Origin: Candidatus Eiseniibacteriota bacterium
Lineage (GTDB): Bacteria; Eisenbacteria; RBG-16-71-46
Direction: 5' to 3'
Length of the DNA stretch: 64,000 nucleotides
Assembly: GCA_963744995.1 (NCBI GenBank)
Contig: CAVUWA010000001.1
Location: forward strand, 64,001 to 128,000
Shown here: piece by piece, positions 47,081-58,556 of the stretch
How positions within the stretch are numbered: the first letter of the stretch is position 1
How the letters are laid out: each line of letters begins with the position of its first letter
The notes under the pieces: model-generated
The model's input: only the letters and a program-made list of their open reading frames with translations
Databases searched by the model: none
Told to the model about the DNA's origin: nothing
Made by a program: the position numbers and the translations under genes

Positions 47081-48373
47081 TCAGCGCTCCGCGGCGATGC
47101 CCATCCAGTCGTCGGCGCCGAGCGGTCCGTCCGGCGCGGGTCCGAGTGCGGCGACCGCGAAGCGCGACGGGTGGGCGAAAGTGCGCGCCGCTTCGATCAC
47201 GTTCTCCCGCGTCACCGCCATCACCCGTTCCACGTCCTCTTCGATCGTGTAGAACCGCCCGCGGTAGAGATCGTCCTGGGCCAGGTGATGCATCCGGTTG
47301 CTGACGCTCTCCTGCCCGATCAGCATGCCGCCGCGCAGCTGAGCGCGCGCCGACTGGACCTCGTCCTCGTCCGGCCCCTCCTCCACCAGCCGCAGCAGCT
47401 CGTCGCGGACCCGGGCGAGCGCGTCACGGGCGCGGCCGGGGGCGACCCCCAGCTGGATCCCGAGCATGCCGGCGTCACGGTAGAAGTCGAGCATCGAGTA
47501 GACCGAATAGGCGAGCCCGGCCGCTTCGCGCACGCCCTGGAAGAGACGCGAACTCATGCCGCCGCCGAGCAGGGTGTTGAACACGTGCAGGGCGTAGCGG
47601 CGCTCGTCCGAGTATGGAATGCCACGCGCGCCAAGGGCGAGATTGAGCTGCTGCAGGTCGTCGCGGGTCTCGTGGCGCACGGACTCGGCGATGGGCCCGT
47701 CCGGCGGCTGCGGCGACAGCGGCTGCGGTTCCCCGTCCGGCGGGCGGAAGGCGGCTTCGACCAGCTCGGCGAGGCGGTCATGGTCGAGCCCGCCGGCGGC
47801 GGCCACCACCAGGTGATCGCCGCGGTAGCGGCTGCCGAAGTAGCCCGCGAGCGCGTCGCGATCGAGCGCGTTCACCGACTCGACCGTGCCGAGGATCGGC
47901 TTGCCGAGCGGGTGACCGGCCCACACCTGATCGCTGCTCATCTCGGCGATCCGATCCTCGGGGTTGTCGTCGCAGGCGAGGATCTCCTCGCGCACGACCG
48001 ACTTCTCCTTCGCGATCTCGGCGTCGAGGAAGGTCGAGCGGCAGGTGATGTCGGCCAGCACGTCGATCACGTCGGGCAGGTGCTCGGACAGCGCGCGGGC
48101 GTAGTAGCACACCTGTTCGCGCGCGGTGAACGCGTCGAGATGGCCGCCCACCGACTCGAGGCTCTGCGCGATCATGCGGGCGTCGCGGCTCTCGGTGCCC
48201 TTGAACATCATGTGTTCGAGGAAGTGCGTGATGCCGAGCCGATCCTGAGGTTCGTCACGGGCGCCGCAGCGCACCCATACCCCGGCCGAGATCGAGCCGC
48301 GGTCGGGCATGCGCTCGGTGAGCAGGGTGATTCCGGAGGGCAGGATGGACTTGCGGTATTCGGAGTCGGTCAT
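47081..48373 (-). CDS. M16 family (pitrilysin-like) zinc peptidase
   Basis: HFLEHMMFKGT (HxxEH), EKSVVREE, HPLGKPILG, LGGGMSSRLFQ.VRE..GLAYSV; familiar position downstream of pnp. Confidence 0.93.
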   Translation of the reverse strand: MTDSEYRKSILPSGITLLTERMPDRGSISAGVWVRCGARDEPQDRLGITHFLEHMMFKGTESRDARMIAQSLESVGGHLDAFTAREQVCYYARALSEHLPDVIDVLADITCRSTFLDAEIAKEKSVVREEILACDDNPEDRIAEMSSDQVWAGHPLGKPILGTVESVNALDRDALAGYFGSRYRGDHLVVAAAGGLDHDRLAELVEAAFRPPDGEPQPLSPQPPDGPIAESVRHETRDDLQQLNLALGARGIPYSDERRYALHVFNTLLGGGMSSRLFQGVREAAGLAYSVYSMLDFYRDAGMLGIQLGVAPGRARDALARVRDELLRLVEEGPDEDEVQSARAQLRGGMLIGQESVSNRMHHLAQDDLYRGRFYTIEEDVERVMAVTRENVIEAARTFAHPSRFAVAALGPAPDGPLGADDWMGIAAER

Positions 48374-48548
48374 GTGTCGCTCGTCGGGGAGCGGGATGTC
48401 GTACGGAGCGCGCGACCAGCGGGGCGGCGACGCCACGCCCGAGAAACGGACGAGTGGCGGGTCGCCCCGCCACTCGTCACGGATTCGAGGGCCGGACGTG
48501 GGCGACGGGGCATCGACCCCGCGCCCGGCACATCCGGCCGGACTTCGA

Positions 48549-50741
<2,193 letters not shown>

Positions 50742-50830
50742 CTAGCTCTCTTTCCTCTTGCCTGTGAGCCCGGCAGCCGTCCGGGCGATCGGATCGCCAC
50801 CCCGCGCGTTCGAGTTCAATGGGCGACGAA

Positions 50831-50882
50831 GCGGGAATCCACTCCCGCGGGTGCGTTGCGCGGGTCCACTCGGACCCGCGCA
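50831..50882 (-). terminator. Tandem stem-loops between rpsO and pnp (terminator or processing site)
   Basis: Perfect 11-bp inverted repeat TGCGCGGGTCC/GGACCCGCGCA (50857-50882) plus 6-bp GCGGGA/TCCCGC (50831-50848); no strong U-tract. Confidence 0.45.
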
Positions 50883-50892
50883 GGCAGGGCCT

Positions 50893-51162
50893 CTAGCGGC
50901 GCAGACCCAGCTCCTTGACGACTTTGCGATAGCGTTCGACCTTCGTGGCCTTGAGGTAGTCCAGCAGCCGCCGGCGCTGGCCCACCATGCGCAGCAGACC
51001 GCGGCGCGAGGCGTGGTCCCGCTTGTGCACCTTGAAGTGTTCGGTGAGGTACTGAATCTTCTCGGTGAGAAGCGCGATCTGGACTTCGGGTGATCCCGAG
51101 TCCTCCTGGTGAATCTTGAACTTCCCGATGATGCCTTGCTTCTGCTCTTTGGAGAGCGTCAA
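50893..51162 (-). CDS. rpsO: 30S ribosomal protein S15
   Basis: [13 protein letters not shown]...[25 protein letters not shown]...LGLRR. 89 aa from TTG 51162 with AGGAGG. Confidence 0.99.
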   Translation of the reverse strand: MTLSKEQKQGIIGKFKIHQEDSGSPEVQIALLTEKIQYLTEHFKVHKRDHASRRGLLRMVGQRRRLLDYLKATKVERYRKVVKELGLRR

Positions 51163-51273
51163 CGGCCACCTCCTGCGTACAGTGGGCAGCGGCCCAGCCA
51201 CCGAGTGCAAGCTCCTCGCGTGACCGAGCGGAACGGAAGATACGGAACACCCAGACTATGAATGCAGCACGGC

Positions 51274-51302
51274 AATCTATCACCCCGCCCCCCGCCGCGC
51301 AA
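51274..51302 (-). promoter_or_regulatory. Putative sigma70 promoter of rpsO-pnp
   Basis: Minus strand TTGCGC-N17-TAGATT with extended -10 TG. Confidence 0.55.
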
Positions 51303-51348
51303 AAAAACCGTGCGTCGGTTCCCGATCCGGCAGTCAATCCGTTGCCGG

Positions 51349-52272
51349 TCAAGAGGATGCGGTGGAAACTCCCGGCGGGGCGGCGGCCAGACGAATGCGC
51401 ACGTCCGCCACGTCGCGGGCCATCGCCGCCTTGAGCGGTTCGGGCCCCTCGAAGCGCTCCTGGCTCCGGATCCAGTCCACCAGCTCCACGGCCACCTCGT
51501 GTCCGAGCAGGTCGCCGTCCCAGTCGAGCAGGTAGGCCTCGATCGCGTGCGTGGAGCCGTCGAAAGTCGGGCGGGTGCCGATGCTCACCGCCGCCGGCCG
51601 TGCGGTCGGTCCGTGGTCGAGATGCGCCCACGCCGCATAGACGCCGTCGGCCGGCAGGAACTTCTCCTCGTGCAGACGCAGGTTCGCGGTCGGGAAGCCG
51701 AGCCTGCGGCCCATCGCCTCGCCCTGCACCACGTGTCCCGCGAGGTCGTAGCGGCGGCCGAGCAGCCGGGTCGCCTCCGCCACGCGGCCGGCGCCGAGCG
51801 CCTCGCGGATCCGCGAGCTACTGACGATGCCGCCCTCGCTCTCGAGCAACGGCACCGGCTGGACCTCGAATCCCAGGTCGGCGCCGATCTCGGCCAGGCG
51901 GCCGACGTGCCCCGCACGCCCCCTGCCGAGCGCGAAGTCGGCGCCCACCACCAGCGCTTCCATGCCGAACGGCTCGACGAGATGCCCGCGCACGAAGGCC
52001 TCGGGCTGGAGTCCGGCGAGTTCGCGGGTGAACGGAATGATCTCGAGCCGGTCCACGCCCATGGCCATGAGGCGTTCGCGCTTTTCGGGAATCGGCGTCA
52101 GCGGCGCGACCGCGTGGAACGCACGCGCCAGCACCACGTCGGGGTGCGGATCGAAGCTCACGACGACGGCCGGCAGGCGAAGCGTGCGCGCGGCGTCGAG
52201 GGCGCGATCGAGGATGGCGACGTGGCCGAGATGCAGTCCGTCGAAGACGCCGACGGTGACGACCGACCTCAA
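51349..52272 (-). CDS. ribF: Bifunctional riboflavin kinase / FAD synthetase
   Basis: GVFDGLHLGH, FDPHP, VGADFALG, SSSRIR, GRRLGFPTANL, GTRPTF, EAYLLD. Confidence 0.97.
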   Translation of the reverse strand: MRSVVTVGVFDGLHLGHVAILDRALDAARTLRLPAVVVSFDPHPDVVLARAFHAVAPLTPIPEKRERLMAMGVDRLEIIPFTRELAGLQPEAFVRGHLVEPFGMEALVVGADFALGRGRAGHVGRLAEIGADLGFEVQPVPLLESEGGIVSSSRIREALGAGRVAEATRLLGRRYDLAGHVVQGEAMGRRLGFPTANLRLHEEKFLPADGVYAAWAHLDHGPTARPAAVSIGTRPTFDGSTHAIEAYLLDWDGDLLGHEVAVELVDWIRSQERFEGPEPLKAAMARDVADVRIRLAAAPPGVSTASS

Positions 52273-53282
52273 TCGTCCTCCCGGCCGCCCGCCTGGCCCT
52301 GCCGGACGGCCCAGGGGAACACGACGTTGGGACGCAGCCGGGCGCGCTCCGGTGGACCGGCCGCGCCGAGCTCACCCAGCGCGATCGCGCGGCCGGCGTC
52401 GTCGCGCACCACGACCGAGCGCGGCCCGAGCCCGACCATGGCCGGATCGACGGCCCCCGGCCCCACCGCCAGCTCGGGCTGGCCGCCGTAGCCGATGAAA
52501 CGGCTCTGCCGGTCGTCCAGCGTCACCGTCGGCATCGGCAGCAGAGCGTCGTCGAGCCCGAAGCCGTAGTGGTCCAGCACCTGCTCGCGCGGCAGGGTGT
52601 CGAGCGCCCGCATCGAAACCGCCCGTTCGACCGAGAACGGTTCGCTGCGCAGCCGGCGCAGGGAGGCGAGTGCGGCGCCCGGGCCCAGCCGCGCGCCGAG
52701 GTCGTGCGCCAGCGTGCGCACGTAGGTGCCGCCCGAAACGCGCACGACGAAGCTCGCCTCCGGCAGGTCGAACGAGGTCCAGTCCCAGGTGACCACGCGC
52801 ACGCGCCTGGCCTTGCGCTCCACGGTCTCGCCGCGCCGGGCGATGCGATGCAGCCGCTCGCCACCGACCTTGAGCGCCGACACCATGGGCGGGACCTGGT
52901 CGAGCTCACCGACGAAGGCGAGTGCCGCCTCGCGCACGGCAGCCTCGTCGAGCGTGACGTCCTGCCGTTCGAGGACACGGCCGTGCATGTCCTGCGTGTC
53001 GGTGACCACGCCGAAGCGGAGCTTCGCCTCGTAGGTCTTCTCGCCCCCCTGCCAAATCGGGATGCAGCGGGTCGCGGCGCCGAGCGCGACGACCAGCAGT
53101 CCGCTGGCGCCCGGATCGAGCGTGCCGAGGTGCCCCGCGCCACGGTCGCGCAGCCGCCGGCGCACGCGCGCGACGACGTCGTGCGAGGTCACGCCGACCG
53201 GCTTGTCCACCAGGACCAGCCCCGACCACTCGGGGACCGTGCCGCGGGCGGGCACGCCGAGCTCGCGTTCGGTCGCGCTCAT
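52269..53282 (-). CDS. truB: tRNA pseudouridine(55) synthase
   Basis: DKPVGVTSHDVV, GHLGTLDP.ASGLL, QVPPMVSALKVGG, SGGTYVRTLAHDLG. Confidence 0.97.
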   Translation of the reverse strand: MSATERELGVPARGTVPEWSGLVLVDKPVGVTSHDVVARVRRRLRDRGAGHLGTLDPGASGLLVVALGAATRCIPIWQGGEKTYEAKLRFGVVTDTQDMHGRVLERQDVTLDEAAVREAALAFVGELDQVPPMVSALKVGGERLHRIARRGETVERKARRVRVVTWDWTSFDLPEASFVVRVSGGTYVRTLAHDLGARLGPGAALASLRRLRSEPFSVERAVSMRALDTLPREQVLDHYGFGLDDALLPMPTVTLDDRQSRFIGYGGQPELAVGPGAVDPAMVGLGPRSVVVRDDAGRAIALGELGAAGPPERARLRPNVVFPWAVRQGQAGGREDD

Positions 53283-53650
53283 TTCAACTCCTCGTCGTCG
53301 ATGGTCTCGCCCTTTTCGAGGCGCCTGAGGATCTCGTCCACGCGCGCGCCGGTCTCCAGTGACGTGTCGAGCTCGAACCGGAGTTCGGGGACTTCGCGCA
53401 GGTCGAGCCGCGGCGCGAGCTGGCTGCGGACGTAGCCGGTGGCGGCCTTGAGGGTGGCCAGCGTGCGATCACGCTCGCCCTCCGGCGCGAGGATCGAAAC
53501 GTAGACGCGCGCGAACGACAGGTCGCGGGTGATCTCCACGTCGGTGATGCTCACCCACTGGCCGATGCGCGGGTCGCGAAGGCGGCGGGCGATGATGTCG
53601 GACAGCTCGCGGCGGATCATCTGTGCGACCCGCTCGGGACGGATCCTCAA
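53279..53650 (-). CDS. rbfA: Ribosome-binding factor A
   Basis: RPERVAQMIRRELS, LRDPRIG, DLSFARVYVS, VPELRFELDTS. TTG 53650. Confidence 0.96.
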   Translation of the reverse strand: MRIRPERVAQMIRRELSDIIARRLRDPRIGQWVSITDVEITRDLSFARVYVSILAPEGERDRTLATLKAATGYVRSQLAPRLDLREVPELRFELDTSLETGARVDEILRRLEKGETIDDEELK

Positions 53651-53928
53651 TGCACGTCCTCCTGCCACTCGAGCAGTTCGGCGCCATGGGTCGCGTCGAC
53701 CAGGCGGCGCACGGTGGCCAGCATCTCCGTGACCTGATGGCCCTCACCGGACACGACCGCGACACCCAGCGCCGCGCGCTGCCAGAGATCCTGGTGGTCC
53801 ACCTCGGCCACCGCGGCACGCACCCGCGAGCGGATGCGTTCCTTGAGCCCCTGTACGACCGAGCGCTTCTGCTTCAGCGAGGTCGCCGCCGGGATGTGGA
53901 GCTCGATGAGGACGGTGCCCACGATCAT
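53647..53928 (-). CDS. DUF503 (YlxP) family protein
   Basis: MIVG...SLKQKRSVV...VAEVDHQDLWQRA.LGVAVVS; familiar position between infB and rbfA. Confidence 0.92.
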   Translation of the reverse strand: MIVGTVLIELHIPAATSLKQKRSVVQGLKERIRSRVRAAVAEVDHQDLWQRAALGVAVVSGEGHQVTEMLATVRRLVDATHGAELLEWQEDVH

Positions 53929-54016
53929 ATGCGATCGAACCGGCGCGGGCGCGCCCTGACGGGCACGTTGAAAGAAAATGGTGCGGCGAACCGCCGCCCG
54001 CGGGCGGCGGCGGCGA

Positions 54017-56395
54017 TCAGCCGAGGGTGCGCGCCAGCTCCTCGATCTTGTACGCCTCGATCACGTCGCCCACCTTGATATCGTTCATGCCTTCGAGTCC
54101 GATTCCGCACTCGAACCCGTTCTGCACTTCACGGACGTCGTCCTTGAAGCGACGAAGCGACTCGATGCGGCCGTCCCAGACGCTCACGCCGTCGCGCAGC
54201 AGACGCACCTTCGAAGCGCGGGGCATCGCGCCCGAAGTGACCATGCAGCCGGCGATGACGCCGGACTTCGACAGCTTGAACACCTCGCGCACTTCGGCAG
54301 CGCCGACGACCGTCTCCTTGAACTCCGGCGTCAGCAGGCCCTCGAGGGCCTTCTTCACTTCCTCGACGGCCTTGTAGATCACGTCGTAGTAGCGGATCTC
54401 CACGCCTTCCCGCTCCGCCGCTTCGCGCGCCCGCGCGTCCGGCCGCACGTGGAAGCCGACGATAATCGCGCCGGAGGTCGCCGCCAGCAGCACGTCGGTC
54501 TCGGTGATCTGGCCGACCGCCTGGCGGATGACGCGGACCTGGACCTCGGCGTTGCTCAGTTTGCCGAGCGACTCCGACAGCGCCTCCACCGAGCCGTCCA
54601 CGTCGCCGCGGATCACCAGCTTGAGCTCGCTCAGCTCGCCCTGCGACATCCGCGCGTGGACGTCGGCCAGCGAGATCACGTGCTGCGCGCGGAACTCGTG
54701 CTCGCGCTGCAGCGCCTGGCGCTTGCCGGCGACCTCACGGGCCTCGCGCTCATCCTCGAAGGCGACGATGGCGTCGCCCGCCGCGGGGGCACTGCTCCAG
54801 CCGAGCACCTCGACCGGGGTCGAGGGGCCCGCTTCCTTCACGGGCCGGCGCCGTTCGTCGAACATGGCGCGGACGCGGCCCGAGTGGCCGCCGGCGGCGA
54901 ACGCGTCGCCGATCTTCAGGGTGCCCTGCTGCACGAGCACGCTGGCGATGATGCCGCGACCCTGTTCCACGCGCGCTTCGATCACCACGCCCTTCGCGCG
55001 CCGGTGCGGGTCGGCCTTGAGGTCCAGAAGGTCCGCGGTGAGCAGGATCATCTCGAGCAGCTTGTCGACGTTCGTGCCCTTCTTGGCCGAGATGTCGACG
55101 CTGACGTACTTGCCGCCGAAGGCCTCGACCACCACGCCGTGCTGGGTGAGCTCCTGCCTGATGCGGTCGGGGTTGGCGGTCGGAAGATCGACCTTGTTGA
55201 TCGCGACCACGATCGGCACGTTCGCCGCCTTGGCGTGGTCGATGGCCTCGATCGTCTGCGGCATCACCCGGTCATCCGCGGCCACCACCAGCACGACCAG
55301 GTCGGTGACCTGGGCGCCGCGGGCGCGCATCGCGGTGAACGCTTCATGGCCCGGCGTGTCGAGGAAGCAGATCTTGCGGCCGCCGGGCAGCTCGACGTCG
55401 TACGCGCCGATGTGCTGGGTGATGCCACCCGACTCGCCGGCAATGACGTTGGTCTTGCGGATGTAATCGAGCAGTGACGTCTTGCCGTGGTCGACATGAC
55501 CCATGACGGTCACCACGGGCGCACGGCTCTCGAGCCGCTCCTCGACGACTTCTTCCTCCTCGACCGTCTCCTCGCCGTAGTCGGTGACGAACTCGACCTG
55601 GTAGCCGAACTCGTCGGCGACGGCCATGATCGAGTCCTTGTCGAGGCGCTTGTTGATCGTCGCCATGAGGCCGAGCTGCATGCACGTGGCGATGACTTCC
55701 TGCGGGCGCACCTGCAGCAGGTTGGCCAGCTCCGCGACGGTCATGAACTCGGTCGCGCGGATGACACGCGCCTGCGCCGCACCGCCGTCGCCGTCTTCGT
55801 CCTCGCGCCGGCGATGGCGCCGCCGGGTGCCCGAGCTGCCGAGACTCGCCAGGGTCTTGCGGACGTTCTCGGCAACCGCCTTTTCGTCGACCTGGCGCTT
55901 GCGTTTGCGGTCACGCCTGCGCGGACCGCTGCGGCCGTCCTGCCGCCCGAGCGAACGCGGGCCGCCGTGGCCGCCGCCCTGCGCAGGACCGCCGCCCTGG
56001 CGGGGCGGACCGCCCCCGGGCCGTCCCTGCGCGGGACGCGACGCGGGGCGGGGCGCCGACGTCGTTCCGGCCTTGTGCGGCGCCGCGGGCTTCGCGGACG
56101 CCTTCGGTGCCGGCGGCGCTTCCTGCTGCGTCGCGGCGGCGCGCGCACGCTGCTCGCGAGCGCGCTGCTCCTCCTGTTCCTGCTTGTGCTTCATTTCCTC
56201 GCGGACCGCGGTGCGCTCCTGCGCCATCTCGTCCTTCACCTTTTGAACCACCTCGGGCAGCAGCGTGGACATGTGGTTCTTCACCTCGATGCCCTTGCCC
56301 TTGAGGATGTTCAGCACGGCCTCGCTGGACATGCCGAGGTCCTTGGCGACCTCGTACACGCGCAGCTTCCTGGGCCCGGCGGCTTTCTTAGTCAC
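54017..56395 (-). CDS. infB: Translation initiation factor IF-2
   Basis: RVYEVAK N-terminus, APVVTVMGHVDHGKTSLLD, GGITQHIGAY, DTPGHEAFTAMRARGA, INKVD. GTG 56395 with GGAGG. Confidence 0.99.
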   Translation of the reverse strand: MTKKAAGPRKLRVYEVAKDLGMSSEAVLNILKGKGIEVKNHMSTLLPEVVQKVKDEMAQERTAVREEMKHKQEQEEQRAREQRARAAATQQEAPPAPKASAKPAAPHKAGTTSAPRPASRPAQGRPGGGPPRQGGGPAQGGGHGGPRSLGRQDGRSGPRRRDRKRKRQVDEKAVAENVRKTLASLGSSGTRRRHRRREDEDGDGGAAQARVIRATEFMTVAELANLLQVRPQEVIATCMQLGLMATINKRLDKDSIMAVADEFGYQVEFVTDYGEETVEEEEVVEERLESRAPVVTVMGHVDHGKTSLLDYIRKTNVIAGESGGITQHIGAYDVELPGGRKICFLDTPGHEAFTAMRARGAQVTDLVVLVVAADDRVMPQTIEAIDHAKAANVPIVVAINKVDLPTANPDRIRQELTQHGVVVEAFGGKYVSVDISAKKGTNVDKLLEMILLTADLLDLKADPHRRAKGVVIEARVEQGRGIIASVLVQQGTLKIGDAFAAGGHSGRVRAMFDERRRPVKEAGPSTPVEVLGWSSAPAAGDAIVAFEDEREAREVAGKRQALQREHEFRAQHVISLADVHARMSQGELSELKLVIRGDVDGSVEALSESLGKLSNAEVQVRVIRQAVGQITETDVLLAATSGAIIVGFHVRPDARAREAAEREGVEIRYYDVIYKAVEEVKKALEGLLTPEFKETVVGAAEVREVFKLSKSGVIAGCMVTSGAMPRASKVRLLRDGVSVWDGRIESLRRFKDDVREVQNGFECGIGLEGMNDIKVGDVIEAYKIEELARTLG

Positions 56396-57833
56396 GGTGC
56401 TCCTCCTCCGGCGCCGGTTCGATGGCCTGCTCTTCGGGCGCCGGGGTCTGGGCCTCGGCGCTCTCCGCGAGCACGGCCGCGGGCGCCTCGACTTCAGGCT
56501 CGGTCGGCGTCCCGGCGGGCGCGGTCGCCGCATCCGCCAGTTCGGCGCCTTCCGGCAGGAACTCGAGCTCGGCCGGAGCCGTCTCGGGCGGATGCGCTTC
56601 GATGTAGGCGGCGGCGCTGGCCAGCAGCTTTTCAGCGGTCTTTTCGCCGATGCCTGGAATTTCCTGAAGCGTCTCGAGCGTCGCGGCGGCGAGTTCCTGC
56701 ACCGTCTCGATTCCGGCGCCGATCAGGCGCTCGGTGGTGGCCTCGCCGAGATCCAGCTTCTCGATTTCGATGCGGCTCGACTGCTCGAGCTCCTGGCGTT
56801 TCTTCTCCTCGCTCTTCGAGGTCAGGTCGATCTTCCAGCCCGTCAGCTTCGCGGCGAGGCGCGCGTTCTGCCCGCCCTTGCCGATCGCGAGCGACAGCTG
56901 ATCGTCCGCGACGATCACGTGCATGCGCTTGTCTTCCTCGTGAACCTTCACGTCCATCACCCGCGCCGGCGACAGGGCGCGTGACACGAAGACCGAAAGA
57001 TCCTGGGACCACGGCACGATGTCGATCCGCTCGCCGCCGAGTTCGCGCACGATGCTCTGCACGCGCGAGCCCTTGAGGCCCACGCACGAGCCGACGGCAT
57101 CGACACGCGGATCGTTCGAATACACCGAAATCTTCGAGCGCGCGCCGGCCTCGCGGGCCACGGCGCGGATCTCGACGATGCTCTCGGCGATCTCCGGCAC
57201 TTCGCTCTCGAACAGGCGGCGCAGGAAGTCCGGATGGGTCCGCGACAGAATGACCTGGGGCCCTTTCGCCGCCTTGTCCACGTTCAGCACCACCGCGCGC
57301 ACGTAGTCGCCCTGGCGGTGGTAGGAGCGCGGAATCTGCTCGCGCGCCGGCAGAAATCCTTCGGAGTGGTCCAGCTTCACGATCACGTTGCCGCGGTCGA
57401 CCTGCTGCACGACGCCGCGCACCAGCGTGCCGACCTTGTCGCTGTATTCCTTGAACACGCGGTCGCGCTCGGCCTCGCGCACGCGCTGGATCAGGACCTG
57501 TTTGGCGGTCTGGATCGCGTTGCGGCCGAACTCCTGGATCGACAGCGGGAACGTCAGCACGTCGCCGACCTTCGCCTGCGGATCGTGGGGACGCGCTTCT
57601 TCCACGGTGAGCTGCAGCGCCGGATCCTCGACCGACTCGACGACGGTCTTCTTGAGAACCATGTCGATCTGTCCGGTCTCGTTGGAGAAGCTGACCTCGA
57701 CGTCGGCGGTCAGTCCGAATTTCTTGCGCACTGCGGTCGCGAGCCCGACTTCGAGCGTTTCGATGAGCAGCGCGCGATCCACGCTCTTTTCGCGCGTGAT
57801 GGCGCTCAGCGCATCCAGAATTTCGTGGCTCAT
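56388..57833 (-). CDS. nusA: Transcription termination/antitermination factor NusA
   Basis: FGRNAIQTAKQV, ILSRTHP, EVPEI, AREAGARSKI, SLAIGKGGQNARLAAKLTGWKID, C-terminal HhH repeat. ATG 57833. Confidence 0.98.
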   Translation of the reverse strand: MSHEILDALSAITREKSVDRALLIETLEVGLATAVRKKFGLTADVEVSFSNETGQIDMVLKKTVVESVEDPALQLTVEEARPHDPQAKVGDVLTFPLSIQEFGRNAIQTAKQVLIQRVREAERDRVFKEYSDKVGTLVRGVVQQVDRGNVIVKLDHSEGFLPAREQIPRSYHRQGDYVRAVVLNVDKAAKGPQVILSRTHPDFLRRLFESEVPEIAESIVEIRAVAREAGARSKISVYSNDPRVDAVGSCVGLKGSRVQSIVRELGGERIDIVPWSQDLSVFVSRALSPARVMDVKVHEEDKRMHVIVADDQLSLAIGKGGQNARLAAKLTGWKIDLTSKSEEKKRQELEQSSRIEIEKLDLGEATTERLIGAGIETVQELAAATLETLQEIPGIGEKTAEKLLASAAAYIEAHPPETAPAELEFLPEGAELADAATAPAGTPTEPEVEAPAAVLAESAEAQTPAPEEQAIEPAPEEEHRD

Positions 57834-58348
57834 CGATCTCCTCCCCGCGGGCGCCGTGACTTCCCGGCGGTGCGCGCCTCGCGCGCCTCCGCCCACGGAT
57901 CCACCACCAGCCTGGCCGTTCTCACCTCGGCCCAGTCGAACCAGTGCATCGTCTCATCGTCGTCGAGGACCGCGACCCGGTCGCCGTCGGGCGACTGCAG
58001 CACGCCCTCGTACCTGCGCCGGCCCGCGACCGCCTCGCGCAGTGTCAGCGCCGCGCGCTGCCCCGCGAACCGTCGCACCGCATCGAGCGTGGTGAGCGGC
58101 CGCTCGATCCCGGGCGAACTGACCTCCAGACGATAGGCGTAGGGGACCGTCTGGTTCATCTCCAGACAGTCGCCGAGCCGCCGGCTGAAGTCGGCGCAGT
58201 CTCCTACCGTGATCCCCCCGGGCTTGTCGAGCAACACGCGAATCGCGCGGGTCCGTCCCTGCGTCACGAACTCGACGTCCACCAGCTCATACCCCGCCTC
58301 GTCGGCGAGCGGTACGGCCAGCTGCCTAACTTCTTCTCTGACTTCCAC
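57830..58348 (-). CDS. rimP: Ribosome maturation factor RimP
   Basis: GYELVDVE, DKPGGITVGDCADFSR, YRLEVSSPGIERPL. GTG 58348. Confidence 0.96.
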   Translation of the reverse strand: MEVREEVRQLAVPLADEAGYELVDVEFVTQGRTRAIRVLLDKPGGITVGDCADFSRRLGDCLEMNQTVPYAYRLEVSSPGIERPLTTLDAVRRFAGQRAALTLREAVAGRRRYEGVLQSPDGDRVAVLDDDETMHWFDWAEVRTARLVVDPWAEAREARTAGKSRRPRGGDR

Positions 58349-58367
58349 TTGGGCTCCGGGGAGAGAC

Positions 58368-58397
58368 AAAAAACGGAGTGGTCGCCAGCCCCACTCC
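58368..58397 (-). promoter_or_regulatory. rimP leader (terminator-like hairpin)
   Basis: Minus strand GGAGUGG-GGCUGGCGA-CCACUCC-G-UUUUUU between the promoter and rimP; matches the known widespread rimP-leader arrangement. Confidence 0.7.
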
Positions 58398-58406
58398 TGA
58401 GGCGGC

Positions 58407-58435
58407 ACACTACAAAAAGGGATTCGGGTTGTCAA
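58407..58435 (-). promoter_or_regulatory. Sigma70 promoter of the rimP-nusA-infB operon
   Basis: Minus strand TTGACA-N17-TAGTGT. Confidence 0.7.
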
Positions 58436-58556
58436 AGCTGACGGCCCGGCCGGAATCCCGGGCGAACAGGGCGCCGGGCCGGACGGGCCGCGCGCCCGGC
58501 GCGGGCGGCGGCGGCAGGACCGGAACAGCGGGCGGGCCGCGGCCCGCGGCGGCGCT

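Noticed and set aside
53971..54015. GC-rich inverted repeat after infB as a terminator or repeat element
   Set aside because: It is built from low-complexity GCC/GGC runs and the U-rich tract is not adjacent to the best stem; too ambiguous to call.
58368..58397. Terminator-like hairpin before rimP as a novel element
   Set aside because: It corresponds to the already described rimP leader; listed as a feature only.
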